35,278 nucleotides of DNA from an uncultured Anaerolineales bacterium (GTDB lineage Bacteria > Chloroflexota > Anaerolineae > Anaerolineales > RBG-16-64-43), in assembly GCA_964649635.1 (NCBI GenBank), contig CAZYSF010000612.1, positions 1-35,278 on the forward strand, in the 5' to 3' direction. Shown one piece after another: positions 15,680 through 26,377 of the stretch. The number at the start of each line of letters is the position of its first letter. The stretch's first letter is position 1. The notes under the pieces were generated by a model, which was not told where the DNA came from, did no database searches, and saw only the letters and a list, made by a program, of their open reading frames with translations. A program made the translations under genes and the position numbers.

Positions 15680-16516
15680 TCAGCCCTTGACTGCGCCGGC
15701 CACCACGCCCTTGATGATGTACTGCTGGCAGGTCAGATAGAAAATGACGATCGGGACGATCGCGAGCACCAGCATCGCCATCATGGCGCCCATGTCACGG
15801 CTGCCGTAGCCGCCCTGCAGATACTGAACGGCGATCGGTATCGTTTTATAGCTGTTGCCGATCACGAGGTACGGCAGCAGGTAATCGTTCCAGATCCACA
15901 TCGTGTTGAGAATGGCGACGGTGATGGATACCGGCTGGAGTATGGGCAGCACGATCCAAAAGAACGTCTGGACCGGGTTGCAGCCGTCGATCGTCGCGGC
16001 CTCCTCGATTTCGTGCGGGATGCTCTTGACGAATCCGCTGTAGATGAACACCGAGAGCCCGGCGCCGAACCCGAGGTAGATCACGATGATGCCGATCGGG
16101 TTGTCCAGATGGAGGATGTTCGCCATTTTCGACATGGTGAACATCACCATCTGGAACGGGACGATCATGGAGAACACGAACAGATAATACAGCAGGGAAC
16201 TGACGCGGGATTTCACGCGGGTGATGCACCAGGCCGTCATCGCGGTGAACAGCACGATGGCGCCCACGGAGAAGACGGTGATGAACAGGGAATACCCGAA
16301 CGCCTGAAGGAACCCGGTCTTGGCAATTCCGGAAATATAGTTGTCGATCCCCGTAAAGGTCCGGCTGTCGGGCGGCGCGAACGGCGCATCGGAGATGAAA
16401 AATCGGCCCTTGAAGGAATTCATCAGGACGATCAGGATCGGAGCCAGGTAGAGGACGGCCAGGATCGCCAGAAAGACGAAAACAGCGGTCTGCCAAAAGC
16501 GGTTTTTCGTTTTCAT
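15680..16516 (-). CDS. carbohydrate ABC transporter permease (CUT1 family, second permease)
   Basis: MKTKNRFWQTAVFVFL... with the EAA loop EEAATIDGCNPVQTFFWIVLPILQP. Its ATG at 16516 shares one base with the upstream TGA. Confidence 0.9.
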   Translation of the reverse strand: MKTKNRFWQTAVFVFLAILAVLYLAPILIVLMNSFKGRFFISDAPFAPPDSRTFTGIDNYISGIAKTGFLQAFGYSLFITVFSVGAIVLFTAMTAWCITRVKSRVSSLLYYLFVFSMIVPFQMVMFTMSKMANILHLDNPIGIIVIYLGFGAGLSVFIYSGFVKSIPHEIEEAATIDGCNPVQTFFWIVLPILQPVSITVAILNTMWIWNDYLLPYLVIGNSYKTIPIAVQYLQGGYGSRDMGAMMAMLVLAIVPIVIFYLTCQQYIIKGVVAGAVKG

Positions 16517-17361
16517 CAGCTTTCCAACTCCTTGCGCCTGGAAAAAAACAGTTGCAGCAAAACAATCAGCCCGACGATCAGGAAGAAGACCACCGCCTTG
16601 GCCTGGCCCACGCCTTCGTACCCGTTGCGTCCGTAAAAGGTGTTGAAGATATCGAGTGCGAGCATGGAGGAAGCCCGGCCCGGTGCGCCCGCGGTCAGGG
16701 CCAGGTTCTGGTCGAAGAGTTTGAAGGCATTGGTCACGGTGAGGAAGGTGCAGATGGTGAAGGCCGGCCGGACCATGGGAATGGTGATGCGGCGGAGCGT
16801 CTGCAGGGCGCCCGCGCCGTCGATCGACGCTGCCTCGATCAGCTCGGGAGGCACGTTCTGGATGGCGGCGATGTAGATGATCATCATGTACCCCGCCATC
16901 TGCCAGTTCATCAGCACGACCAATCCCCAAAAGCCGTAGCCCGCGTCGAAGGTGATATCCACCCCGAAATTGATCAGGATCCCGTTGAGGATCAGCTGCC
17001 AGATGTACCCCAGAATGATGCCGCCGATGAGGTTCGGCATGAAAAACACGGTGCGGAAGCCATTCGCGCCGCGGATTTTCCGGGTGAGCAGGAAGGCGAA
17101 CAAAAACGCGAATACGTTGATCAGCACCACGGAAACGGCGGCGAACTTCGCGGTAAAGACCAGCGCGTTCCAAAAGTCGTTGTCCTCGGAAAACGCACGG
17201 ACGTAATTCTCGACGCCCACCCAGTGCGAGTTGGTGACCGTCGTGAATTCCGTGAAAGAGAGGTAAATGCCCAGGAGAAACGGGATTAAAAATGAAATGA
17301 GGAAGGCGATGGCTGTCGGGAGGACAAAAAAAGCATAGAACCTGACAGGCATTTTTCGCAT
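16516..17361 (-). CDS. carbohydrate ABC transporter permease (CUT1 family, first permease)
   Basis: 281 aa with the EAA loop IEAASIDGAGALQTLRRITIPMVRP and 6 predicted TM helices. Confidence 0.9.
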   Translation of the reverse strand: MRKMPVRFYAFFVLPTAIAFLISFLIPFLLGIYLSFTEFTTVTNSHWVGVENYVRAFSEDNDFWNALVFTAKFAAVSVVLINVFAFLFAFLLTRKIRGANGFRTVFFMPNLIGGIILGYIWQLILNGILINFGVDITFDAGYGFWGLVVLMNWQMAGYMMIIYIAAIQNVPPELIEAASIDGAGALQTLRRITIPMVRPAFTICTFLTVTNAFKLFDQNLALTAGAPGRASSMLALDIFNTFYGRNGYEGVGQAKAVVFFLIVGLIVLLQLFFSRRKELES

Positions 17362-17400
17362 GATTGCTCTCCCGCCCGGAAAAATAGATCCGCGATCCGC

Positions 17401-17448
17401 AGTACTCCGTCACCCCGCCCGAACCATGGCGCGGGGTGACGGAGTACT
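17401..17448 (-). promoter_or_regulatory. intercistronic stem-loop 1 (18-bp perfect stem) between binding-protein and permease genes
   Basis: AGTACTCCGTCACCCCGC - 12 nt - GCGGGGTGACGGAGTACT. Confidence 0.65.
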
Positions 17449-17468
17449 TGCCCGGTTGTTCATTGAAA

Positions 17469-17511
17469 ATGTCACCCGGAGGCCGCATACCATTCGGCCT
17501 CCGGGTGACAT
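17469..17511 (-). promoter_or_regulatory. intercistronic stem-loop 2 (17-bp perfect stem)
   Basis: ATGTCACCCGGAGGCCG - CATACCATT - CGGCCTCCGGGTGACAT. It ends 11 nt after the binding-protein stop at 17523. Confidence 0.65.
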
Positions 17512-17522
17512 GGTCCATGTGC

Positions 17523-18845
17523 CTACTTGGCTTTCTCGATCTTCCACTGGTCGACGAACAACATCCGCACATCCGCCCAATCCATCGTGCCCTGGGCATA
17601 CTGCAGCAACGCCGCGCCGAAATTATTCTTGAAGGTCTGGTTCGGGAACACGACGAAATTCCAGGCGACGTTGTACAGGGACGTGTCGCTCATGTAGCGG
17701 ATCACTTCCTTCGCCAGCGGATCCGTCGGTTTTTCGTTATCGGCGAACGTGTCGAACGGGGCGATGAACTTCAGATCATTGGTGACGAACGCCTTGCCCT
17801 TGGCGCTGCTGTACAGCCAGTAGATGAAATCCGCCGCCAGCTTCTGCTTCTCCGCGGAGGCCTGCTGGTTGATCGCGAAGAAGTTTTCGGTGCCCACGCT
17901 GATCGACTGTTTTTCCTCGCCGGCCACGCCCATGTAGATGGGCAGGAATTTCACGTCTTCCGCCTTGACCGTGTTGCCGGCGACGCCCGAGATCTGGCCC
18001 CAGGCCCAGTTGCCGTTCTGGACCATGGCGGATTTTCCCAGGGCGAACTCCGCCATGGAATCATCCACGCTCTTGCTGCCCAGCAGGGTCGGCTCGACCG
18101 TCGAGTTGTTCAGGTAGAGATCGAAGATGTTCTTGAAATTGTCCGCGTACTGGAATTTTATTTCCATGGACGCGGAGGGCACCTTGATATCGACGTTGTT
18201 GGCCTTGAACTCGTAATACACCGGGACGTTGGCGAGGTGGGTCTGCCAGCGCCAGTCTTCGCCGGGCTTCAGCGAGGTCGAGGAGAACACGCCCTCAATG
18301 CCCAGCTCGGCCTTCTTGGCGGTCATGTCCTCCACGACCGCTTTCAGCTTCGCGAAGGTATTGACCTCCGCCATCGAAGCCGCCTTGGCGCCCGCCGTCG
18401 CGAAATACCTGGTCATGATCGCGTTGTTGTAGATGATCCCGTAGCCCTCGACGACGTACGGGAGGCCGTAGACCCCGCCGCCGTCGGTGACGGCGATGGA
18501 TTTATCGGAAAGGTGTTTGTAGAGCTCGGTGTCCTTCAGGTCCGCGCAGTAGTCCTTCCAGGCCGCGTACCCGACCGGGCCGTTGATCTGGAACAGGACC
18601 GGGGCGTCGGCCTTCGCGATTTCCGATTTCAGAGTCTGCTCGTAGGTGCCCGCAGCGGCGGTCACCACCTTCAGGGTGACGCCGGTTTCCGCTTTGTAGG
18701 CCTCGGCGATGGTTTGATAGAGCTCGGCCACTTCCGGTTTGAAATTAAGGTAATACACTTCCTTCGCCCCGGCGGTTCCGCAAGCGGCCAGCGCCATCAC
18801 GGCGGCCAGGACGATACTTAATAGTGAAAATACTTTTCGGGTCAT
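17523..18845 (-). CDS. ABC transporter substrate-binding lipoprotein (extracellular solute-binding family 1, sugar type)
   Basis: MTRKVFSLLSIVLAAVMALAAC: signal peptide with a LAAC lipobox. About 440 aa, as usual for CUT1 binding proteins. GGAGGG SD lies before the ATG at 18845. Confidence 0.9.
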   Translation of the reverse strand: MTRKVFSLLSIVLAAVMALAACGTAGAKEVYYLNFKPEVAELYQTIAEAYKAETGVTLKVVTAAAGTYEQTLKSEIAKADAPVLFQINGPVGYAAWKDYCADLKDTELYKHLSDKSIAVTDGGGVYGLPYVVEGYGIIYNNAIMTRYFATAGAKAASMAEVNTFAKLKAVVEDMTAKKAELGIEGVFSSTSLKPGEDWRWQTHLANVPVYYEFKANNVDIKVPSASMEIKFQYADNFKNIFDLYLNNSTVEPTLLGSKSVDDSMAEFALGKSAMVQNGNWAWGQISGVAGNTVKAEDVKFLPIYMGVAGEEKQSISVGTENFFAINQQASAEKQKLAADFIYWLYSSAKGKAFVTNDLKFIAPFDTFADNEKPTDPLAKEVIRYMSDTSLYNVAWNFVVFPNQTFKNNFGAALLQYAQGTMDWADVRMLFVDQWKIEKAK

Positions 18846-19344
18846 TTTCCCTCCTCTGGAAAAAAGGCGAAACCCACAGGCGGATTCCTTCATACGGGAT
18901 TTTCCTGCATCACCTCCCTTCAACACCCTTCACCCCGGAACGGCCGATCGATACGAATCGGCGGCCGGCACCCGCACTTCAATTGGATTCGGGTTAAGAA
19001 TCAGGAGCTCTTTTTTATACAATAGGCCGAAGACGTTAACGATTGATAAGACCGCTTGACATGCAACCTTAATAAAATAGATTAACCCTAATTCCTGGAA
19101 TCCGGCCGATTTATATGTGATCGCATCAATAATCGGGTGATTATTACAGATAAATACGGTGGCTCTGGAATTCTTCCGGAAGAACGCCCTCACTGCTCCC
19201 TCTTCAGAAATTTACGTCATGCAACTTGCCTGCTCCTTGGATCCAATTTGTGCGGCTTTTTCAGTATAGCATCGGGACCGGGCTTGTCAAATTTTATTGC
19301 CGTTCAATCAGCTTATCGGCATTTTACGGGAGGAGAGAAGTACC

Positions 19345-19479
19345 ATGCAGGAAGAGCCGGGCTTTGATTTTCCATGGTTTATTTTCATGGAAAAACAACA
19401 AGACCGCTTTAGGGAGCATCCAATATCTCATCCATCTCCTCCATCCCTCCCGCCGCTCTTCTGCCAAGTGATTCCTTGA
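19345..19479 (+). CDS. candidate 44-aa small ORF (MQEEPGFDFPWFIFMEKQQDRFREHPISHPSPPSLPPLFCQVIP)
   Basis: GGGAGGAG lies 9 nt upstream of the ATG, and a strong hairpin starts 13 nt after the stop. No homology recognised, so it could be spurious. Confidence 0.25.
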   Translation: MQEEPGFDFPWFIFMEKQQDRFREHPISHPSPPSLPPLFCQVIP

Positions 19480-19491
19480 TTAAACAAAGCC

Positions 19492-19522
19492 GGCCGGAAA
19501 CGAAATCCCTTCGTTTCCGGCC
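19492..19522. terminator. 13-bp GC-rich hairpin, probable terminator for clpB (minus strand) and/or the small plus-strand ORF
   Basis: GGCCGGAAACGAA-ATCCC-TTCGTTTCCGGCC. The minus strand continues GGCUUUGUUUAAUC and the plus strand continues CAAAAUUUUCC. Confidence 0.55.
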
Positions 19523-19615
19523 CAAAATTTTCCGCAATGGCGTAACGCAAGCGTTCGCGCGGAAGATCGTATCGTCCAGAACCCGCATCCGACGGAAAAA
19601 ACCGCTGCCGTTTTT

Positions 19616-22189
<2,574 letters not shown>

Positions 22190-22555
22190 TTCCGTACTCC
22201 CGTTGTGAATTTATCCACTTAACGCCGGCTTCCCCGGCCGGTAAAATTTCCCATTGCCGGGCATCCCATCCGCCCGAACCCGCACCCGGATATGGAATAA
22301 TTATGAGGAGGGGCTCGCGGTCTCGGCGGCCGCCGGTTTGCGGCCGCGTTGAAATTTCATTGATTTATTTTTGCTCCTATGAACTCATTATGCGGGTAAT
22401 AATATATATTTTTCATTAATCGCGGGTATAGGATTAACGCCGTGGAAATCCGCGCCGGATTTGGATTTTCCACGGGCGGGTAACGGGGGGTGTACAGGAT
22501 GAGCTTGCGGTTCCCCAGCCCAACCTTGAAGCTCCCGCCCGGGAGGGCTTATGCA

Positions 22556-23077
22556 TCAATCGCGCAGCAGCGAATATTCATAGGCATCGTTCCAAATCGG
22601 CGCGCCATGCTCATCGGTGTGGACGAATCCGAACTTGCGGAAGCTGCCTTCCCGTTTGAATCCGACCCGCTCGAGCAATTTCCAGGAGGCCGCGTTTTCG
22701 GGATTGCAGCGGGCCATGATGCGATGAATATTGTGTTTTTCAAATCCATGCGCAGTCAGGGCGGCCGCGGCTTCGGATCCGTACCCATTGCGCTGGTATT
22801 TGGGATTGAATATATATCCCAGCTCCCAAGTCAGCAGCCACAACGGTTCCGCCTGCTTGAAATACAGGTGTCCGATCATTTTCTTTTTGTCTTTCAGCTC
22901 CACCGCCAGGAAGTCGCTCCCCTGAGACCGCTCCAGGGCCATGGCTTTTGCTTCTTCGATCGAGACCGGTTTCCCGGGTTCAAAAGCATACACGGCCGGT
23001 TCCGACAAATATTCATATAAATCCACGTAATCATCCGGGGAAAACCGCCGGATAACCAATCGCTTGGTTTCGATCAT
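22556..23077 (-). CDS. GNAT family N-acetyltransferase (RimJ/RimL-like)
   Basis: METKRLVIRRFSPDD-type N-terminus, QRNGYGSEAAAAL acetyl-CoA motif and NPENAASWKLLERVGFKREG. Confidence 0.88.
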   Translation of the reverse strand: MIETKRLVIRRFSPDDYVDLYEYLSEPAVYAFEPGKPVSIEEAKAMALERSQGSDFLAVELKDKKKMIGHLYFKQAEPLWLLTWELGYIFNPKYQRNGYGSEAAAALTAHGFEKHNIHRIMARCNPENAASWKLLERVGFKREGSFRKFGFVHTDEHGAPIWNDAYEYSLLRD

Positions 23078-23146
23078 CTCGCATTTCCTTTTAGGCGGGC
23101 TGGAAACCGGTTAGAACGCAGCCCGGCACACAGCCGCAAAGAACCT

Positions 23147-23629
23147 TCATGCACTTTCCTGAGCCTTGACGTAATTATCCTCCGCATCGCCGTTCCGGCT
23201 TTCATTTAACAGGGAACTCAGCTCCCCGAGATGATAAAGGCTGTGCCGCATGAGGAAAATGACGACTCCCAATTTCGTCCCGCCCGCCCACGGGAAGGCG
23301 GTATTCTGAGCGGAATATTCCATCCCGGAAAGCCATGAATCGGTTTTCGCCCGGAACAGCCGGATGCAATCGATGACGTCCGCCCGCGTAGGCAGGTCCT
23401 CCTCTTTCACCGTCTCGAAATCCGCCTCAAACGGCTTCCCCGACGCAAAATGCAGGCCGGAAGCGTCTTCGAGATAATATTTCGTTGCATGCAATATATG
23501 AAAAGCGAGCCTGGCCGGGCGGACGGCGCGCCTCCCCGCATGGAGCCAGGCGTCATCGTCAAAGTCATCGACCAGCCGCTCAAACACCCGCCAGGTGTGG
23601 GCATACTGCGATTGGAATTCCCGTTCCAT
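23147..23629 (-). CDS. DinB family protein
   Basis: The ATG at 23629 is preceded by GGAGGT. The pattern fits a four-helix DinB fold with conserved His positions (HILHATKYY ... LMRHSLYHLGEL). Confidence 0.78.
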   Translation of the reverse strand: MEREFQSQYAHTWRVFERLVDDFDDDAWLHAGRRAVRPARLAFHILHATKYYLEDASGLHFASGKPFEADFETVKEEDLPTRADVIDCIRLFRAKTDSWLSGMEYSAQNTAFPWAGGTKLGVVIFLMRHSLYHLGELSSLLNESRNGDAEDNYVKAQESA

Positions 23630-23708
23630 AGTTACCTCCAGCTTCGATCGGTGTACCGGTATTCGACCTTTCATCCGCCGCCGGCCGGCATTTATGGAAA
23701 GGCGATCA

Positions 23709-24155
23709 TTATGGGGTGCTCAGGATGAATCCAAAAAGGTAATCGCCCATCTCCGTATCCAGCAATTCCGCCCTGGTAATCGGCATTACCGTGGGAGTTG
23801 TCGGGCGATATCCCTCGGGGGCCGTTGCGCGAAGCTCAAGCTCGAAATCCGCGAGGGATTCGCAGGTGTTCGGAAAGATGCTCAGAAAGAATTCCCCGTT
23901 TTCACCGCTTACCGGTTCATATAAATAATTCTTTTCACTGATCCCATCCGTAAGCTCAAATGCGACACCCGCGAGCGGCAGTTCCTGGTCATCCCATAAT
24001 CCATTCCCGTTGGCGTCGATCCAGGCTTTGGCGGTGCCAAGATAGCAACCGTCTTTAAACGCGGGCACCTGGCCCAGCAGGGAACAGCCGAGCAATTGCG
24101 GGATGATGAACAGGAAAACAAGAATTTTTCCGGATGCCTGCCTGGTTCCAGCCAT
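23709..24155 (-). CDS. secreted lipoprotein with SdrD B-like (Cna-B-type) domain
   Basis: Signal peptide with lipobox LLGC. WIDANGNGLWDDQELPLAGVAFELTD matches the SdrD B-like repeat pattern. AAAGGAGAA lies before the ATG at 24155. Confidence 0.6.
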   Translation of the reverse strand: MAGTRQASGKILVFLFIIPQLLGCSLLGQVPAFKDGCYLGTAKAWIDANGNGLWDDQELPLAGVAFELTDGISEKNYLYEPVSGENGEFFLSIFPNTCESLADFELELRATAPEGYRPTTPTVMPITRAELLDTEMGDYLFGFILSTP

Positions 24156-24335
24156 ATTTTCTCCTTTTGACAGCGCCGAATTAATCATCGGCCCGGCCCC
24201 GGTTCCTGCCTGCGGTGTATCGGCAAGCCTTGCGCAAGCATTTTATCCGAAAACGCAGGAGGCCATTGCGCGGTTTCCCCGAACGATGGGCATCCGGAGA
24301 AGCCTTGTCTCTTCGGCGGGAGTCTGTAAATTACA

Positions 24336-24371
24336 AAAACCGCCGCCCTGCATTTTCGTGGCGGCGGTTTT
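24336..24371 (-). terminator. rho-independent terminator after the GH26 gene (bidirectional shape)
   Basis: AAAACCGCCGCC - 12 nt - GGCGGCGGTTTT. On the minus strand it is followed by UUUUUGUAAUUU. It lies 31 nt after the stop at 24402. Confidence 0.78.
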
Positions 24372-24401
24372 ATCCTAACGGGGTCTCAAGCGGCATTCCG
24401 C

Positions 24402-25652
24402 CTATTCCAACCAGGACCAATGGAAATCGTCCCGGTTGATCACGCCGGGGTCGTTCAGCAACGCATCGTAATTTTTGTTTGAAATGAGAGACCAGCTTTC
24501 CCCGGGATAGCTGTGCCAGCTGACCCAATAGCTGATTCGGGGATAAGCGGTCTTGATCTTGGCGATGATCTGGGAGGTATCCCAGGTTCCAGCCTTCGCT
24601 GCCGGCCCGCCGATCTTCGGGCCCAGCTCGGCCACCCCCAACGGCTTTTTCATCGAAACGTACGTGGCATAATCCCCGAGGATCAGATTATCCTCGTAAT
24701 TCGTGCCGGCGATGATATCTACATAGGCATCGCCTGGATAGGCCCAGTCCACTGTCCGATTCCAGGTTGACGTATTCTTTTCTCCAAAAGACTCATTCGG
24801 GGAATACACCCAGATCAAATTGTTCAGTTGCTTGGTCTCGGTGAAATAATCGTGCATATGCCGGTAGACGTGGACGTAAGGCGCAGGGTCGTTCGGGTGC
24901 GACCGCATTCCCCACCAGAACCAGTTCCCATTCATCTCCTGCATCGGCCGGAAGAGGACCACCACCCCCGCATCCCTCAATTCCGTCAACGCCGCCGCGA
25001 CCCGGTCGAGCTTTCTCAGCCAAGCCGCATTTACCGGCTTGGCGGGATCGATCAGGTCGTCGAGGCCGGTGACATGCACGAAACCGGCTTCATTCTGCGT
25101 GCCGGCGGGACCGTCGAACGTTCCAGGGTTGTTCACCAGATCGGATTCGTCGTTGACCCAGGGATTTTGCGGGGTGAGCGTGATGGTGACGAGTCCGCCC
25201 GCCTTGGCGTATTCGATCAGCGCTTTGTTGGTTTGAGCAAGTTCCTCGGGGGTGAAGATTTTCAAATACTCATAATCCACCCCGATAATTCCCACCCATT
25301 GCCCGGTCTCGGTGTGCAGCTTTTCTATCATGTTCGCGTATCCGCGGACCCACGAGCTGGAGAGGATTTCCGTCCCATGATAGCAGTTCTGCCCGCTGAT
25401 GACGCCCGCGAAAGGACCGTTCGAGAGACTGGTGATGTAATCCAGGATTTCCGTTCTCCGGGCATCCACGTCGGCGGCGGTGATTCCATCCGTCGGCGTG
25501 AATTGCGGCTCTTCGGTTGGTTCCATGGTCGGAGTCCGCGGCGTTTCCGTCGGGTCCGGTGTTGGTTCAACCGTCTTTTCCGCTGTGCAACCCGAAATCA
25601 GTAAGCCTAAAACCATGACGAGAACGGCCGCATACCCGTTTTTCTTAACCAT
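24402..25652 (-). CDS. glycoside hydrolase family 26 lipoprotein (beta-mannanase-like)
   Basis: Lipobox LISGC, a Pro/Thr-rich linker, and RPMQEMNGNWFWWG, which is the GH26 catalytic-acid signature region. AGGAGA lies before the ATG at 25652. Confidence 0.85.
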   Translation of the reverse strand: MVKKNGYAAVLVMVLGLLISGCTAEKTVEPTPDPTETPRTPTMEPTEEPQFTPTDGITAADVDARRTEILDYITSLSNGPFAGVISGQNCYHGTEILSSSWVRGYANMIEKLHTETGQWVGIIGVDYEYLKIFTPEELAQTNKALIEYAKAGGLVTITLTPQNPWVNDESDLVNNPGTFDGPAGTQNEAGFVHVTGLDDLIDPAKPVNAAWLRKLDRVAAALTELRDAGVVVLFRPMQEMNGNWFWWGMRSHPNDPAPYVHVYRHMHDYFTETKQLNNLIWVYSPNESFGEKNTSTWNRTVDWAYPGDAYVDIIAGTNYEDNLILGDYATYVSMKKPLGVAELGPKIGGPAAKAGTWDTSQIIAKIKTAYPRISYWVSWHSYPGESWSLISNKNYDALLNDPGVINRDDFHWSWLE

Positions 25653-25723
25653 GGCATTCTCCTTTCGATTTGACCGAATGCTGCGTTTCTCCATGTCGAA
25701 CTCCGCCAAACCGACCATCCCGG

Positions 25724-26365
25724 TTATTGCTCCGCATCCTTTATGGCCAGGGAGAATGTCGAGCCGTCTTCCATCGCGCTCACCGCCGATACCGGGTGTT
25801 CCATGGCGGCGAAGACGCCCTTCCCGAGGATGTAGCCGCACGCCTCGCCGGCGTCGGCGGCGTCGAAAGCGCTATCCGAGAATTTATCATCCGGATAATT
25901 ATGCTCATAGGTCGCAAGGTAAAACGCCTGCCCCGCTTCCGGTTTGAACTCCCTCACCAGCAGCGCGTCCGCGCGAATGGCGCCCATCGCGCACGCTCCG
26001 GTCCGCGGGTCGATGATCGCGGCGATGCGCGGCGTTTTGTAATCGTCGTGCTCATAATCCAGCCCGAACAGCGCCGACGCCAGCGCATCCCGCATGCGCA
26101 TCCCGGATCCGAGCTTTTCGGCGATCGGGTCGGTCTGGCTGCCGTTGGCCACCACCGCGAAATTATCGGCGAGCCGCAGACAGTTGTAGGATATGTAGGG
26201 ATTCTTACGGACATCCGCTTCACTTCCCTCCTTGGGAACGATCGCCACCGATCCGCCGATGATTTTTGCCTGGCGATTGGGGAAGGACCTGGAAGACACG
26301 CGGTACATCAACGCCAATTTTCCCGCTTTTGTCCTGCCGACTGCGACAATTCTTCCGACATACAT
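25724..26365 (-). CDS. purO: archaeal-type IMP cyclohydrolase (PurO family)
   Basis: MYVGRIVAVGRT...YRVSSRSFPNR...RKNPYISYNCLR...NGSQTD...TPRIAA closely follows archaeal PurO as I remember it. ATG at 26365 with AGGAGG 8 nt upstream. The SD overlaps the TAG stop of the upstream gene. Confidence 0.85.
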   Translation of the reverse strand: MYVGRIVAVGRTKAGKLALMYRVSSRSFPNRQAKIIGGSVAIVPKEGSEADVRKNPYISYNCLRLADNFAVVANGSQTDPIAEKLGSGMRMRDALASALFGLDYEHDDYKTPRIAAIIDPRTGACAMGAIRADALLVREFKPEAGQAFYLATYEHNYPDDKFSDSAFDAADAGEACGYILGKGVFAAMEHPVSAVSAMEDGSTFSLAIKDAEQ

Positions 26366-26377
26366 GTTCAACTCCTC

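Noticed and set aside
15680-17599. 639-aa ORF suggesting a single giant permease
   Set aside because: The N-terminal 360 residues are low-complexity Arg/His/Pro-rich read-through in another gene's alternative frame. The real genes are two standard permeases, 15680-16516 and 16516-17361, each with its own EAA loop.
18930-19193. 87-aa minus-strand ORF, and the 93-aa ORF at 8609-8890, both in AT-richer spacers
   Set aside because: They have no SD, an odd composition and no similarity recognised. They occupy likely promoter regions of the ABC operon and the malic enzyme gene.
22190-22555. Search for CIRCE (TTAGCACTC-N9-GAGTGCTAA) or HAIR (CTTGAGT-N7-ACTCAAG) heat-shock operators upstream of clpB
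   Set aside because: Neither is present. The only elements are an imperfect GTGAAT-TT-ATCCAC palindrome (22214-22227) next to the SD and a hairpin at 22441-22474, which is more likely the terminator of the GNAT gene at 22556. Both are too weak to call.
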